Origin: a virus
DNA: 64,000 nucleotides
IMG/VR virus record: IMGVR_UViG_3300044614_001780
Strand: one strand, 5' to 3'
Part shown: positions 1 to 8,711 of the stretch, in pieces
How the letters are laid out: every line of letters begins with the position of its first letter
Numbering within the stretch: the first letter of the stretch is position 1
Made by a program: the position numbers and the translations under genes
The notes under the pieces: generated by a model
What the model was told of the DNA's origin: nothing
What the model saw: the letters and a program-made list of their open reading frames with translations, nothing else
The model's database searches: none

Positions 1-6
1 ATTAAA

Positions 7-219
7 TTATTTTTTTTCATTTTTAAGTTCTTTGTTGTGTTTTTTTGCACAGGCACTTCTTGCCCAAGCACGACTTAAACTATTTACATAAGAACATGAT
101 TTTTTTGCTTCTCCGCAATAAGGACAAATTGCATCTGGGGGGTCACTAATATATCCTTCAGGAGTATACATCCTTTTCTTTTTTTGATTTTCTGCTTGTT
201 TGTATTTGCGATAATTCAT
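7..219 (-). CDS. Hypothetical protein with CxxC (possible Zn binding)
   Basis: ORF with CPYC...C...C, coupled to the upstream gene (ATGA overlap). Confidence 0.7.
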   Translation of the reverse strand: MNYRKYKQAENQKKKRMYTPEGYISDPPDAICPYCGEAKKSCSYVNSLSRAWARSACAKKHNKELKNEKK

Positions 220-500
220 ACTTCAACTACTTGAAGATTACTTTCTTCAAGAGTATAAATTTTACTATCTACAATTTTATATTGACCTGGAGGCAGTCCA
301 ATCTGTCCAGGAAGTTGTTTATCAGTTGTGGAACTAATATCAATTACTTGGTCCATAATAAATCTTTCTTTTTTATATGTCCGTTCATTGGGTTTTAAAT
401 TACACAACATTTGAGCATCAAATTCATTACCACAATGTGCAATGACTCTGCCCGTCTTTTTATCTAGTACTGAAAAATATTCATCGAAATATTTGTTCAT
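216..500 (-). CDS. Hypothetical protein
   Basis: 94-aa ORF, coupled overlaps at both ends. Confidence 0.7.
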   Translation of the reverse strand: MNKYFDEYFSVLDKKTGRVIAHCGNEFDAQMLCNLKPNERTYKKERFIMDQVIDISSTTDKQLPGQIGLPPGQYKIVDSKIYTLEESNLQVVEV

Positions 501-610
501 TTTTTTAAATCTTTGTTATTTTTAATATTTTTTTTAGGTGGACTATAAAGTTGAGGCCATGTGTCTCTAATGATTTCCGCAAGTTTTTGTGGTGTCTCTG
601 AACTAATCAT
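497..610 (-). CDS. Small hypothetical protein (37 aa, MISSETPQKLAEIIRDTWPQLY...)
   Basis: Manual translation; its stop overlaps the next start (ATGA); not in the ORF track. Confidence 0.6.
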   Translation of the reverse strand: MISSETPQKLAEIIRDTWPQLYSPPKKNIKNNKDLKK

Positions 611-635
611 TAAAAAAGGAGGGTGTTTCCCTCCT
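611..635 (-). terminator. Intrinsic terminator downstream of psbD
   Basis: AGGAGGG-AAACA-CCCTCCT followed by a T-run on the minus strand. Confidence 0.7.
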
Positions 636-669
636 AGTATATCACAAAACATTATACCTAGGCAAGACT

Positions 670-1728
670 TTATAGTGCATTACCTCTCGGAAGTACCTCC
701 TCAGGGAATACAAACTGTTCATGAGGTTGGTCAACTGGTGCCATCCAAGCACGAAGACCTTCATTGAGTAGAATGTTCTTTGTGTAGAAGGTTTCAAACT
801 CAGGGTCCTCTGCTGCACGAATCTCCTGACTTACAAAGTCATAAGCTCGAAGATTAAGGGCAAGACCAATAATCCCAATAGAACTAGTCCAGAGACCCAT
901 GACAGGGACGAAAAGCATAAAGAAATGCAACCAACGCTTATTAGAAAAAGCAATACCAAAAATCTGCGACCAGAATCGGTTCGCAGTAACCATCGAATAG
1001 GTCTCTTCTTCCTGTGTTGGTTCAAATGCTTTGAATGTATTTGCTTGTTCACTGTCTTCAAATAGAGTGTTTTCTACTGTTGCTCCATGAATCGCACAGA
1101 GCAGTGCTCCCCCCAGAATACCAGCAACTCCCATCATGTGAAAAGGGTTGAGGGTCCAGTTGTGGAAACCCTGAAGAAACAGAAGGAACCTGAAGATAGC
1201 GGCAACACCAAATGAAGGTGCAAAGAACCAACTGGATTGTCCCAGTGGATACATCAGGAATACAGAAACGAATACTGCAATAGGACCAGAAAACGCAATA
1301 GCATTATAAGGACGAATGCCAACGAGACGGGCAATCTCGAACTGACGCAGCATGAATCCAATCAGACTAAAGGCCCCGTGGAGTGCCACAAAAGGCCAGA
1401 GTCCCCCAAGTTGGAACCACCTGACGATATCCCCTTGAGCCTCAGGACCCCAGAGCAGAAGAAGAGAATGACCCATAGCATCTGCTGGAGTACTAACTGC
1501 CGCAGTAAGAAAGTTTGCACCCTCAAGATAGGAACTTGCCAACCCGTGAGTATACCAACTCGTAACGAAAGTTGTCCCAGTAAGCCAACCACCAAGAGCA
1601 AGGTAAGCAGTGGGAAAAAGAAGAAGTCCAGACCATCCAACAAAAACGAAACGGTCTCTCTTAAGCCAGTCATCGAGTACATCGAACCATCCTCTTTGTG
1701 TTTGTTGAGTGAGTGTAGATGAAACCAT
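670..1728 (-). CDS. psbD: Photosystem II D2 protein
   Basis: [16 protein letters not shown] ... [10 protein letters not shown]; full-length D2. Confidence 0.99.
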   Translation of the reverse strand: MVSSTLTQQTQRGWFDVLDDWLKRDRFVFVGWSGLLLFPTAYLALGGWLTGTTFVTSWYTHGLASSYLEGANFLTAAVSTPADAMGHSLLLLWGPEAQGDIVRWFQLGGLWPFVALHGAFSLIGFMLRQFEIARLVGIRPYNAIAFSGPIAVFVSVFLMYPLGQSSWFFAPSFGVAAIFRFLLFLQGFHNWTLNPFHMMGVAGILGGALLCAIHGATVENTLFEDSEQANTFKAFEPTQEEETYSMVTANRFWSQIFGIAFSNKRWLHFFMLFVPVMGLWTSSIGIIGLALNLRAYDFVSQEIRAAEDPEFETFYTKNILLNEGLRAWMAPVDQPHEQFVFPEEVLPRGNAL

Positions 1729-1980
1729 TTAATTAAATCCTTTTTTATTTTTGTCTTTTTTTACTTTTTTGTCCAAAACTTCAACATGTGAAAGATTATC
1801 TTTAGATGAAGTATACCATTCATGGAAAAGGTCTTGATAATTATCAAAAACTTTTTTCATGCCATTTTCATAAACAAGTCGATAGTCATGTTTTTCATAA
1901 AGTTCATCTGAAGTTTGAGTAAAAGTTTTTGGAAGAACATTTTCTTCTGGTTCTAAATTACCAATCATGAGAATTCTCAT
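1729..1980 (-). CDS. Hypothetical protein immediately upstream of psbD
   Basis: 83-aa ORF abutting psbD; late promoter upstream. Confidence 0.7.
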   Translation of the reverse strand: MRILMIGNLEPEENVLPKTFTQTSDELYEKHDYRLVYENGMKKVFDNYQDLFHEWYTSSKDNLSHVEVLDKKVKKDKNKKGFN

Positions 1981-1990
1981 AATATTGACT

Positions 1991-2015
1991 TATTTAGTTT
2001 ACACTTCTTTACAAT
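1991..2015 (-). promoter_or_regulatory. Late promoter (TAAATA) plus HLR1/RpaB-like direct repeat
   Basis: tattta at 1991-1996; TTTACACT-TC-TTTACAAT at 1998-2015 on the plus strand. Confidence 0.55.
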
Positions 2016-2020
2016 TTAAA

Positions 2021-2581
2021 TCAATGAGCATTTTCACTCATCAATCCAATCAAAAGGTGAGTTGCTTCTGAAAATCTATCAACATAATGAATCAACTTCA
2101 TCTCTTCATTATTGAGGAATCCATTATCAAGCATTTCTTCTTCAACCCAATGCTTGAGTGTTCTCCACATTCTACCTACACAAATGATTGGTTTTTTATC
2201 AATGTGATTAACTTGAACCAATTGATAAATCATTGCCATCTCAAGAAGAGTACCAATACCTCCAGGAGTTACAATAAAGGCATCACAATCAGCAAAAGTT
2301 TTTAATCGAGAATAAAAAGTTTGATGCTTTTCGTATTCTTGTACATAAGGATTTACACCCTCCTCAAATGGAAGATGTATTGCCTCTGCTACAGAACAAA
2401 GAGAGTTTCCAACACAAACACTCATTGCCCCTTTATTTGCCGCTTCCATAGTTCCTGGGCCACCTCCAGTAACTACTATCCATCCTTGAGATGCAATGTT
2501 TCTTCCAAGTTTTTCCACTGCTTGATAAAGTCCAGAAGTGGGACTTGTTCTTGCAGATCCAAATACTGCTATTTTTTTCAT
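2021..2581 (-). CDS. LOG (SLOG superfamily) nucleotide phosphoribohydrolase-like protein
   Basis: IAVFGSAR, VTGGGPGTMEAANKGA and PGGIGTLLE motifs; start placed at MKKIAVF. Confidence 0.9.
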   Translation of the reverse strand: MKKIAVFGSARTSPTSGLYQAVEKLGRNIASQGWIVVTGGGPGTMEAANKGAMSVCVGNSLCSVAEAIHLPFEEGVNPYVQEYEKHQTFYSRLKTFADCDAFIVTPGGIGTLLEMAMIYQLVQVNHIDKKPIICVGRMWRTLKHWVEEEMLDNGFLNNEEMKLIHYVDRFSEATHLLIGLMSENAH

Positions 2582-2613
2582 ATTTTTTTTATATGAACCA
2601 TTAATAGTTATAC

Positions 2614-2736
2614 TTACCCCCAATAAATTACCCCGAGAGTGAATAAAACAAACACAAGAACTGTGAATATCATCATACCTACACCTGCCCAAATGATCCA
2701 GGGTTCCATAGGATGATGTTGATTATTATGAGACAT
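2614..2736 (-). CDS. Small single-TM membrane protein (40 aa)
   Basis: Manual translation MSHNNQHHPMEPWIIWAGVGMMIFTVLVFVLFTLGVIYWG. Confidence 0.6.
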   Translation of the reverse strand: MSHNNQHHPMEPWIIWAGVGMMIFTVLVFVLFTLGVIYWG

Positions 2737-2941
2737 TTGTACCGATTACCTCAAGAGAATCAAATGAACAGTCATACGTTCCTTTACGATTGGTGTCTAA
2801 GTATCTAACTTTCATTGCAATTGGAGGAAAATATTCATCATCTTTATCATACATAAAACCTAGAATTTCAAATTCTCTTCCGTGCCGTCTTTGAATTGGA
2901 TTATTAATCCTACAAATATCACCTACTTTAAAAATAAACAT
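2726..2941 (-). CDS. Hypothetical protein (SH3/KOW-like FKVGD start)
   Basis: 71-aa ORF. Confidence 0.6.
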   Translation of the reverse strand: MFIFKVGDICRINNPIQRRHGREFEILGFMYDKDDEYFPPIAMKVRYLDTNRKGTYDCSFDSLEVIGTNVS

Positions 2942-2976
2942 AGTTCATCTAATGTGACTGTACTATATTATAACAG

Positions 2977-3003
2977 AAAAAAAGAGACCCTTTCGGGTCT
3001 CTT
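2977..3003 (-). terminator. Intrinsic terminator after psbA
   Basis: AAGAGACCC-GAAA-GGGTCTCTT plus T-run. Confidence 0.85.
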
Positions 3004-3024
3004 AAAAAACTGTTAGTTTTTATA

Positions 3025-4107
3025 TCAACCGATGGAAGGTGCGGTCAGAGCAACAGGAGTTGCTTCGGCAGCAGCCAAGTCCAGAGGAAAGTTGTGTGCG
3101 TTTCTCTCGTGCATCACTTCCATCCCGAGACCAGCACGGTTCAGAACATCTGCCCAAGTATTGAGCACACGACCTTGACTATCAACGATGGACTGGTTGA
3201 AGTTGAAACCATTGAGGTTGAATGCCATGGTGCTAACACCAAGAGCAGTGAACCAGATGCCAACTACAGGCCATGCAGCAAGGAAGAAGTGCAGTGAACG
3301 TGAGTTATTGAACGATGCGTATTGGAAAATCAGACGACCGAAATAACCATGAGCAGCTACGATGTTGTATGTTTCTTCTTCTTGTCCGAACTTATAACCG
3401 TAGTTCTGTGACTCATTCTCTGTCGTCTCACGGACGAGAGAAGAGGTGACAAGAGATCCGTGCATAGCAGAGAAAAGAGAACCACCGAAGACACCAGCAA
3501 CTCCCAACATGTGGAAAGGATGCATAAGAATGTTGTGTTCTGCCTGGAAAACAAGCATGTAGTTGAAAGTTCCCGAAATCCCAAGAGGCATTGCGTCAGA
3601 GAAGGATCCTTGACCAAAGGGATAGACCAGGAACACTGCAGAAGCAGCAGCAACGGGTGCAGAGTAGGCAACACAAATCCAAGGACGCATACCCAGTCGG
3701 TAAGACAGTTCCCATTCACGACCCATGTAGGCATAGATACCGATTAGAAAATGGAAGACGACCAATTGGAATGGTCCACCATTATATAGCCACTCATCTA
3801 GGGAAGCAGCTTCCCAAATTGGATAAAAGTGCAGTCCAATTGCGTTGGACGAAGGAATCACAGCACCAGAGATGATGTTGTTTCCGTACATGAGTGAACC
3901 AGCAACGGGTTCACGGATACCATCAATGTCCACAGGAGGAGCACCAATGAATGCAATAATGAAACAGGTTGTAGCAGCAAGTAGGCAAGGAATCATCAGG
4001 ACCCCAAACCAACCGACATAAAGACGATTATCGGTTGAAGTAACCCAGTTGCAGAACTGTTCCCAAATATTTGATTGTGATTGTTGACGTGAAATTGTAG
4101 CAGTCAT
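3025..4107 (-). CDS. psbA: Photosystem II D1 protein (E130 high-light type, no intron)
   Basis: Full-length D1 with YZ, D170, E189, H190, H332, E333, D342 and A344; phage-type RETTENESQ loop. Confidence 0.99.
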   Translation of the reverse strand: MTATISRQQSQSNIWEQFCNWVTSTDNRLYVGWFGVLMIPCLLAATTCFIIAFIGAPPVDIDGIREPVAGSLMYGNNIISGAVIPSSNAIGLHFYPIWEAASLDEWLYNGGPFQLVVFHFLIGIYAYMGREWELSYRLGMRPWICVAYSAPVAAASAVFLVYPFGQGSFSDAMPLGISGTFNYMLVFQAEHNILMHPFHMLGVAGVFGGSLFSAMHGSLVTSSLVRETTENESQNYGYKFGQEEETYNIVAAHGYFGRLIFQYASFNNSRSLHFFLAAWPVVGIWFTALGVSTMAFNLNGFNFNQSIVDSQGRVLNTWADVLNRAGLGMEVMHERNAHNFPLDLAAAEATPVALTAPSIG

Positions 4108-4118
4108 TTTTTCTTAAA

Positions 4119-4230
4119 AGAGTAGTAAGACCATCAGGGAAATGGTGGTGATACTATTCCCCAGTCACCCTCAGACTGGGTATGAGAGACGTAATTTATA
4201 CACCCTAGAGGTCTCGGTTTAAGGGGTGTT
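4119..4230 (-). ncRNA. PhotoRC-II-like structured psbA 5'-leader
   Basis: Stems ACACCC/GGGTGT, GAGAC/GTCTC, CCCAGTC/GACTGGG and ACCAT/ATGGT directly upstream of phage psbA, as recalled for the PhotoRC-II motif. Confidence 0.75.
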
Positions 4231-4273
4231 GACAATGTTAAGATTTATGAGAAATCCGTAACATTTGTTTACC

Positions 4274-4307
4274 TATTTATAGTAGCACGGTCAGAAATCC
4301 CTGTCAA
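4274..4307 (-). promoter_or_regulatory. Overlapping sigma70-type and T4 late promoters for psbA
   Basis: TTGACA-N17-TACTAT whose -10 overlaps a perfect TATAAATA. Confidence 0.8.
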
Positions 4308-4325
4308 GCCATCCTTAGATGACAA

Positions 4326-4502
4326 CTAACCGAACAACTCCGATCTCCAATTACTTTCTTTATCCTTTAATGCAGAAAGGATATGTTCATTCTCTTGCAT
4401 TTGCCTTTCTTCTTTTATTTGTTTTTCAATAATTTTTTCTTGATGTTTTTGTTTAACATCTTTCATATCGATATGTCTCATCGCTCTAGAATAAGTATTC
4501 AT
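4326..4502 (-). CDS. Small late protein (58 aa) ending in SNWRSELFG
   Basis: Manual translation; ATAAATA promoter at 4533-4539. Confidence 0.6.
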   Translation of the reverse strand: MNTYSRAMRHIDMKDVKQKHQEKIIEKQIKEERQMQENEHILSALKDKESNWRSELFG

Positions 4503-4532
4503 TGAAAGTATTAAACTAACTACATTTTTAAG

Positions 4533-4552
4533 TATTTATTTTCACCTAAATA
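4533..4552. promoter_or_regulatory. Back-to-back divergent late promoters
   Basis: TAAATA on minus (4533-4538) and on plus (4547-4552). Confidence 0.65.
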
Positions 4553-4580
4553 TTTTTAGTGTATACCACAAAATAAGAAA

Positions 4581-5042
4581 ATGAAAAGACTATTATTTGT
4601 TTTTTCGTTATTCTTCACCATTCCCGTCAGTGCTGCTGAAATCACCTCAAGAATCACCGATTCCGTACAATTAAAAGTTGACGGTGCTGCTATTCAATCA
4701 ACCAGAATAGGAGCATCCTACTCCGCATCAGGAACCAATATCCAATCATCCTCATTCGGTGGAGTTGGTGGTGCAGGAACTTATGACATCAATACTCCAG
4801 GTCAAGCATTTAGTTTCTCAGAATCTATTAATGCTGCTGATACTCCTGTAACAACTCAAACAGTTACTAATGGTGTTATTGGAACTCCAAATCTTTATGG
4901 AGATAGTGTAACTCAAGTTGGTGGTGAGAAAGGAACTCTCGCAGGAACCTTATCCCCAACTGGTGTTCCTACTGTAACTGCTGGTGGTGCTGGAACTACT
5001 GCAACTGCACAACGTAGTATTGAACTGAGCGTATTCAAATGA
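4581..5042 (+). CDS. Secreted beta-rich hypothetical protein
   Basis: Sec signal MKRLLFVFSLFFTIPVSA; Thr/Gly-rich. Confidence 0.85.
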   Translation: MKRLLFVFSLFFTIPVSAAEITSRITDSVQLKVDGAAIQSTRIGASYSASGTNIQSSSFGGVGGAGTYDINTPGQAFSFSESINAADTPVTTQTVTNGVIGTPNLYGDSVTQVGGEKGTLAGTLSPTGVPTVTAGGAGTTATAQRSIELSVFK

Positions 5043-5398
5043 GACATATCCTAGCAGGTTTATTCCTGCTAGGGTTTTGTTCTCCTGCCCTAGCAGAAAG
5101 TGTTGTACCTAATTTCACTAGGGGTACAATCAATGCGACTACAGAATCTACTACAAAAGTTATAGAAACAATCCGCCAAGTTGAATATACAACTGGCACA
5201 TCATATACTGTGACTGGAACTAATATTAACATTCCTGGCACTCCTCAACAGGGAGCAAATTATAGTATCATGAATCAAGGTGCTCCATTCCAGTTCAGTG
5301 AAACCTATCTCGGCCCTGGAGTGGCAAAAGAAACATGGATAGATCGCACCACAGAAACACAATCCACCACTACATCAATTTCTGTCTTTACGCAATAA
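5039..5398 (+). CDS. Secreted beta-rich hypothetical protein (paralog of 4581..5042)
   Basis: Signal peptide ...SPALA; shared SYxxxGTNI and GxxFxFSE motifs. Confidence 0.85.
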   Translation: MRHILAGLFLLGFCSPALAESVVPNFTRGTINATTESTTKVIETIRQVEYTTGTSYTVTGTNINIPGTPQQGANYSIMNQGAPFQFSETYLGPGVAKETWIDRTTETQSTTTSISVFTQ

Positions 5399-5919
5399 TT
5401 TCAACTGGAACTGCATTTGCACAAAGCACTCCAGCACCAAGTAATACTAATATTGCAGGACCTTCAGCATCTGCTACGGGTAACGTAACAAACCAGGCAG
5501 TTCAGGTGTTACAAGGTCCATATGCATTGAACACTTATGGTGGTGGGGTAAGTTGCCAAGGAGCAACGTTTTCACTTTCTCCATTTGGAATGAGTAGTAA
5601 TAACAATAGTGATGACCCAGAATCATTCGCATCACGAAATGGTAACTGGGGAATTTCTGCTGGACTTAATATTCCATTGGATGGAACTCTAATGAACTTG
5701 TGCAAGAAAAGAGCAGAAACTGAAATTGCTAGACAACAGGCAGAAACTGATAAAGCAAGATTAGATTTTGAACTTGTAAGATTATTAAAATGCGGTGAAG
5801 CACATAAGAATGGAATAATGTTCCACCCAGAAAGTCCTTACTACAAAGTTTGTGCAGATGTAGTTGTGAAGTATCCACGAGTTGAGGATGTGGTTAATGG
5901 AACCAATAGAATTAATTAA
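5335..5919 (+). CDS. Secreted hypothetical protein with Cys residues and a coiled-coil
   Basis: Signal-like ...GTAFA; 4 Cys in the mature part; start uncertain. Confidence 0.8.
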   Translation: MDRSHHRNTIHHYINFCLYAIISTGTAFAQSTPAPSNTNIAGPSASATGNVTNQAVQVLQGPYALNTYGGGVSCQGATFSLSPFGMSSNNNSDDPESFASRNGNWGISAGLNIPLDGTLMNLCKKRAETEIARQQAETDKARLDFELVRLLKCGEAHKNGIMFHPESPYYKVCADVVVKYPRVEDVVNGTNRIN

Positions 5920-6775
5920 TAATCCAAATCTAAGACCAATCATCGGAAATAATCCGATTAACATTCCAAATCCAAACACCAATAGAATTGCTGGTCCTTC
6001 TGTAATTTCTACTATAGAAAGACCAGCACTTCGTAGTGTTGAAGCACCAGTAGTGCGTGGGTTAGAAGTACCCGTTGTTGATGTACCAAATACTACGATT
6101 AAATATCCAGTTATTAATGTTCCAACTCAAGCAGAATTTGATGCTGCAGTAAAAGCAGAAAGGGAAAAACAACAGCAGGAAGAAAAACCAAAAGAGAGGG
6201 GATTACCTGATACTACTCCCCCACCTCAACTGCCTCAGGTTGCTCAAACCCCCCCTGCTCAAACTCCCATTGCTGAAATACCTGCAAATAAACCAACAAC
6301 TACACCAACATTTAGTGTCTATGGAGTCAATATTAATTTACCTGACCCTTCTCTTGTTGCTACGGCTGGTGCTGTCGCAGTAGTTACCACTGCTGCTACG
6401 ATAGCATCAACAACTGTTCTGAATGCATTAAAAAATGCAGCAGAACCAATGATTAAAGAAGCAACAAAGAACAAGTTTAAAATTAAAATCAAACAAGTTA
6501 AACCAGTTCTACATTATGTTTTAGCAGAAGGTGGTCACGTAGATGTTTTTGAATACTCTGCTGAAGGAACTCGTTTAGTCGAACAAGTAACTAATGTAGA
6601 ACAATACATTCGTGACCAAGTTGAAATCAATGCCCTCTATGAGATTGATAACAAAATCATTATTGATGATGTAATCAAAGATAAGTTCACAAAAGAAGGC
6701 AAAGAAAGATTTAAACCTCTCTTTGCCCCTGCTAAAAAAATTGCTAAAAAATTATCTGCTAAGTTCTCAATCTGA
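5897..6775 (+). CDS. Pro-rich single-TM membrane protein
   Basis: Pro/Gln-rich N-half, hydrophobic LVATAGAVAVVTTAATIA segment; GAGG before ATG 5897. Confidence 0.8.
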   Translation: MEPIELINNPNLRPIIGNNPINIPNPNTNRIAGPSVISTIERPALRSVEAPVVRGLEVPVVDVPNTTIKYPVINVPTQAEFDAAVKAEREKQQQEEKPKERGLPDTTPPPQLPQVAQTPPAQTPIAEIPANKPTTTPTFSVYGVNINLPDPSLVATAGAVAVVTTAATIASTTVLNALKNAAEPMIKEATKNKFKIKIKQVKPVLHYVLAEGGHVDVFEYSAEGTRLVEQVTNVEQYIRDQVEINALYEIDNKIIIDDVIKDKFTKEGKERFKPLFAPAKKIAKKLSAKFSI

Positions 6776-6901
6776 AGTAAATTTGGAAATAATCCACACA
6801 ACAATTATTGCTGGCAATTGAACTAAAACGTTATAAAGAATTTCTAGAAAGATATTATCTTTCTCTTCTTTACGTTTATCCTTTGCTGGTGCCGTGGTCA
6901 T
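6767..6901 (-). CDS. Small single-TM protein (44 aa)
   Basis: Manual translation MTTAPAKDKRKEEKDNIFLEILYNVLVQLPAIIVVWIISKFTSD. Confidence 0.5.
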   Translation of the reverse strand: MTTAPAKDKRKEEKDNIFLEILYNVLVQLPAIIVVWIISKFTSD

Positions 6902-6994
6902 TTTGTAACACCTTAAACAAATCTTTACTATTTAATAGTTAATATAAAAATGTAACGATTTTTTAAGTGTTTTTCGTGTTGGTCTCATAACAAA

Positions 6995-7195
6995 TTATTT
7001 TTTCCCCTTTAACTTAAAGGCAGCATCACCAAGAAAAGAACCAACTGCAAGTAAAAGTACTTTAGCATAAGCATCACGACTTGTACTTTCCAGTTCCACT
7101 TGACCTTCTGTACGAATCGCAACTGATTCCACAGCAGAAATCATTAATGCTGCCCAGATAATTAAAAATAATCTAACAATATTGAAATATATCAC
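6995..7195 (-). CDS. Small membrane protein (2 hydrophobic segments)
   Basis: Coupled to the nuclease gene. Confidence 0.6.
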   Translation of the reverse strand: MIYFNIVRLFLIIWAALMISAVESVAIRTEGQVELESTSRDAYAKVLLLAVGSFLGDAAFKLKGKK

Positions 7196-7605
7196 TTTTT
7201 CCTTTTTGCCAGAAGTTCATCAAAGTTCTTTTTCTTTGTTCCACCATCATATTCCCAAGCATAACCTTCATTAACCATTTGATTGTTGATGGATATTTCT
7301 TCTCCATTAATAAACAGATGACCGATAATGCGACCATACTTCTCGGTGCTATCGGGTAGTTCTGTTTTAATGAGAATATCTTTAGCAAATTCTAATCTGT
7401 GCTTGAGCCAGTCTTTAACTTCGAGACCAAGTTTCTTTTCATACGCATCAGTTGTCCTGCTCTCTGGGGTATCGATACCAGCAAGACGAATTCGCTTAGT
7501 AAGGGAGATATCAAAACCCAAATCAATATCAGCGTCAATAGTGTCACCATCTACAACCTTGTGTACTGAACGTATTCTATAGACGTAAGGATCTTTGTCA
7601 GCCAT
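7192..7605 (-). CDS. Staphylococcal nuclease (thermonuclease)-like protein
   Basis: VVDGDT, IRLAGIDTPE and KYGR motifs. Confidence 0.9.
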   Translation of the reverse strand: MADKDPYVYRIRSVHKVVDGDTIDADIDLGFDISLTKRIRLAGIDTPESRTTDAYEKKLGLEVKDWLKHRLEFAKDILIKTELPDSTEKYGRIIGHLFINGEEISINNQMVNEGYAWEYDGGTKKKNFDELLAKRKK

Positions 7606-7817
7606 TAGAATGGTAATTTGAACTTCTCAGTATTTAGTTTAGGAATGGGTAGTTTTTCAAATGCTTTTGATACTTGCTTCTCCACAACAGCACCAACAAA
7701 TGCTTCTGGATTGTCTAAGATTTTCTGTGCTTTTTGATAAGTAATGTATGCTCCTACACCAATTGCAGCACTAATGCCCAGACTTGTGATTGATAGAATT
7801 AGACTCAGATGTTTCAT
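7605..7817 (-). CDS. N-terminally anchored small membrane protein
   Basis: Hydrophobic N-terminus; TAATG coupling. Confidence 0.7.
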   Translation of the reverse strand: MKHLSLILSITSLGISAAIGVGAYITYQKAQKILDNPEAFVGAVVEKQVSKAFEKLPIPKLNTEKFKLPF

Positions 7818-7923
7818 CTTTCATCTCCTCGTTTGCTAACTTTAATATGTAGTAAATGATATATGCAGTAAAGGCAAGTCCGCAGGATAATAATATTACA
7901 ACACCCCAAGGAAATTCATTCAT
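7771..7923 (-). CDS. Small single-TM protein (50 aa)
   Basis: Manual translation MNEFPWGVVILLSCGLAFTAYIIYYILKLA... Confidence 0.6.
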   Translation of the reverse strand: MNEFPWGVVILLSCGLAFTAYIIYYILKLANEEMKDETSESNSINHKSGH

Positions 7924-8114
7924 TATCTTCCCTCTTCTTTATGAATAAAATCTTTCAAATCTCTTAGATATTGTCTTAATATATTTGCCTGTTCTTCGTG
8001 CCAAAAATCACCCGTCTCCATAAAAAGACGGGTGTGATTATCTATGGCTTTGAGTATTTGATGGATGGGAGCATTCCAACACTCCCTCTTTGGAGTGTTC
8101 CATTCTCTTGGCAT
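7923..8114 (-). CDS. Hypothetical protein
   Basis: 63-aa ORF, TAATG coupling. Confidence 0.65.
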   Translation of the reverse strand: MPREWNTPKRECWNAPIHQILKAIDNHTRLFMETGDFWHEEQANILRQYLRDLKDFIHKEEGR

Positions 8115-8218
8115 GGGATAGTTAGTGCGTGTATTTCATTATAACGGAAATATTCAAGTTGGCATTGACCTGGACTAAGTTCAAAATAACCAACTACCAT
8201 AAAAGCAATAAACTCCAT
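8042..8218 (-). CDS. Small hypothetical protein (58 aa)
   Basis: Manual translation MEFIAFMVVGYFELSPGQCQLEY...; overlaps the next ORF by 73 nt. Confidence 0.4.
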   Translation of the reverse strand: MEFIAFMVVGYFELSPGQCQLEYFRYNEIHALTIPCQENGTLQRGSVGMLPSIKYSKP

Positions 8219-8331
8219 CAATTTTTCTTACCACCGTTTTTTGCTTTCTTTGCAGAGGCATTGCCCTGGTTCTGCTTGGATTGTTTTCCACCAGCAGAAC
8301 CTTTCTTGCCTTTATTTGATGATTTGGACAT
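8218..8331 (-). CDS. Very basic Lys/Gly-rich peptide (37 aa)
   Basis: MSKSSNKGKKGSAGGKQSKQNQGNASAKKAKNGGKKN; coupled at both ends. Confidence 0.6.
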   Translation of the reverse strand: MSKSSNKGKKGSAGGKQSKQNQGNASAKKAKNGGKKN

Positions 8332-8672
8332 TATGCCCCTGTACGAGGTTGAACGTATCCTTCACCATCTTCTACTTTGGTTTCAAGTGCTTCAACTCTT
8401 GCTTCAAGAGTTTCTGGTGCTTCTGGTTCTGGTGGAGCAGAAACTACCTCTTCTCTTTTAGGTTCCTCTTTTTTTTCATCTTCATCATCACCACCCTTCT
8501 TCATTGTATTGATACCAAAAGTGGCAGCAGATGCAGTAAAGACTGTCGCAATAAATGTGGGGTCCATTTTGGATAGAGCCCCAGCATAACTTGCGGTAAG
8601 AAGAGCAGCAGACCATCCAAGGATGGCAATACGAATTACTTGCCCCAAAGCATTCTCCTTTTTCTTATCCAT
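8331..8672 (-). CDS. Two-TM membrane protein (holin candidate)
   Basis: Two hydrophobic helices plus a charged tail; late promoter at 8700-8705; near lysins. Confidence 0.7.
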   Translation of the reverse strand: MDKKKENALGQVIRIAILGWSAALLTASYAGALSKMDPTFIATVFTASAATFGINTMKKGGDDEDEKKEEPKREEVVSAPPEPEAPETLEARVEALETKVEDGEGYVQPRTGA

Positions 8673-8711
8673 CAGTCCATGTGATGATGTTCTACCTCAT
8701 ATTTAGGTAAA

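Noticed and set aside
2582-2692. N-terminal extension of the LOG ORF
   Set aside because: Overlaps the 40-aa TM ORF; LOG homology begins at MKKIAVF
831-3875. Several alternative-frame and antisense ORFs over psbD and psbA, and similar short ORFs over core genes elsewhere
   Set aside because: Fully overlap well-conserved genes; typical frame shadows
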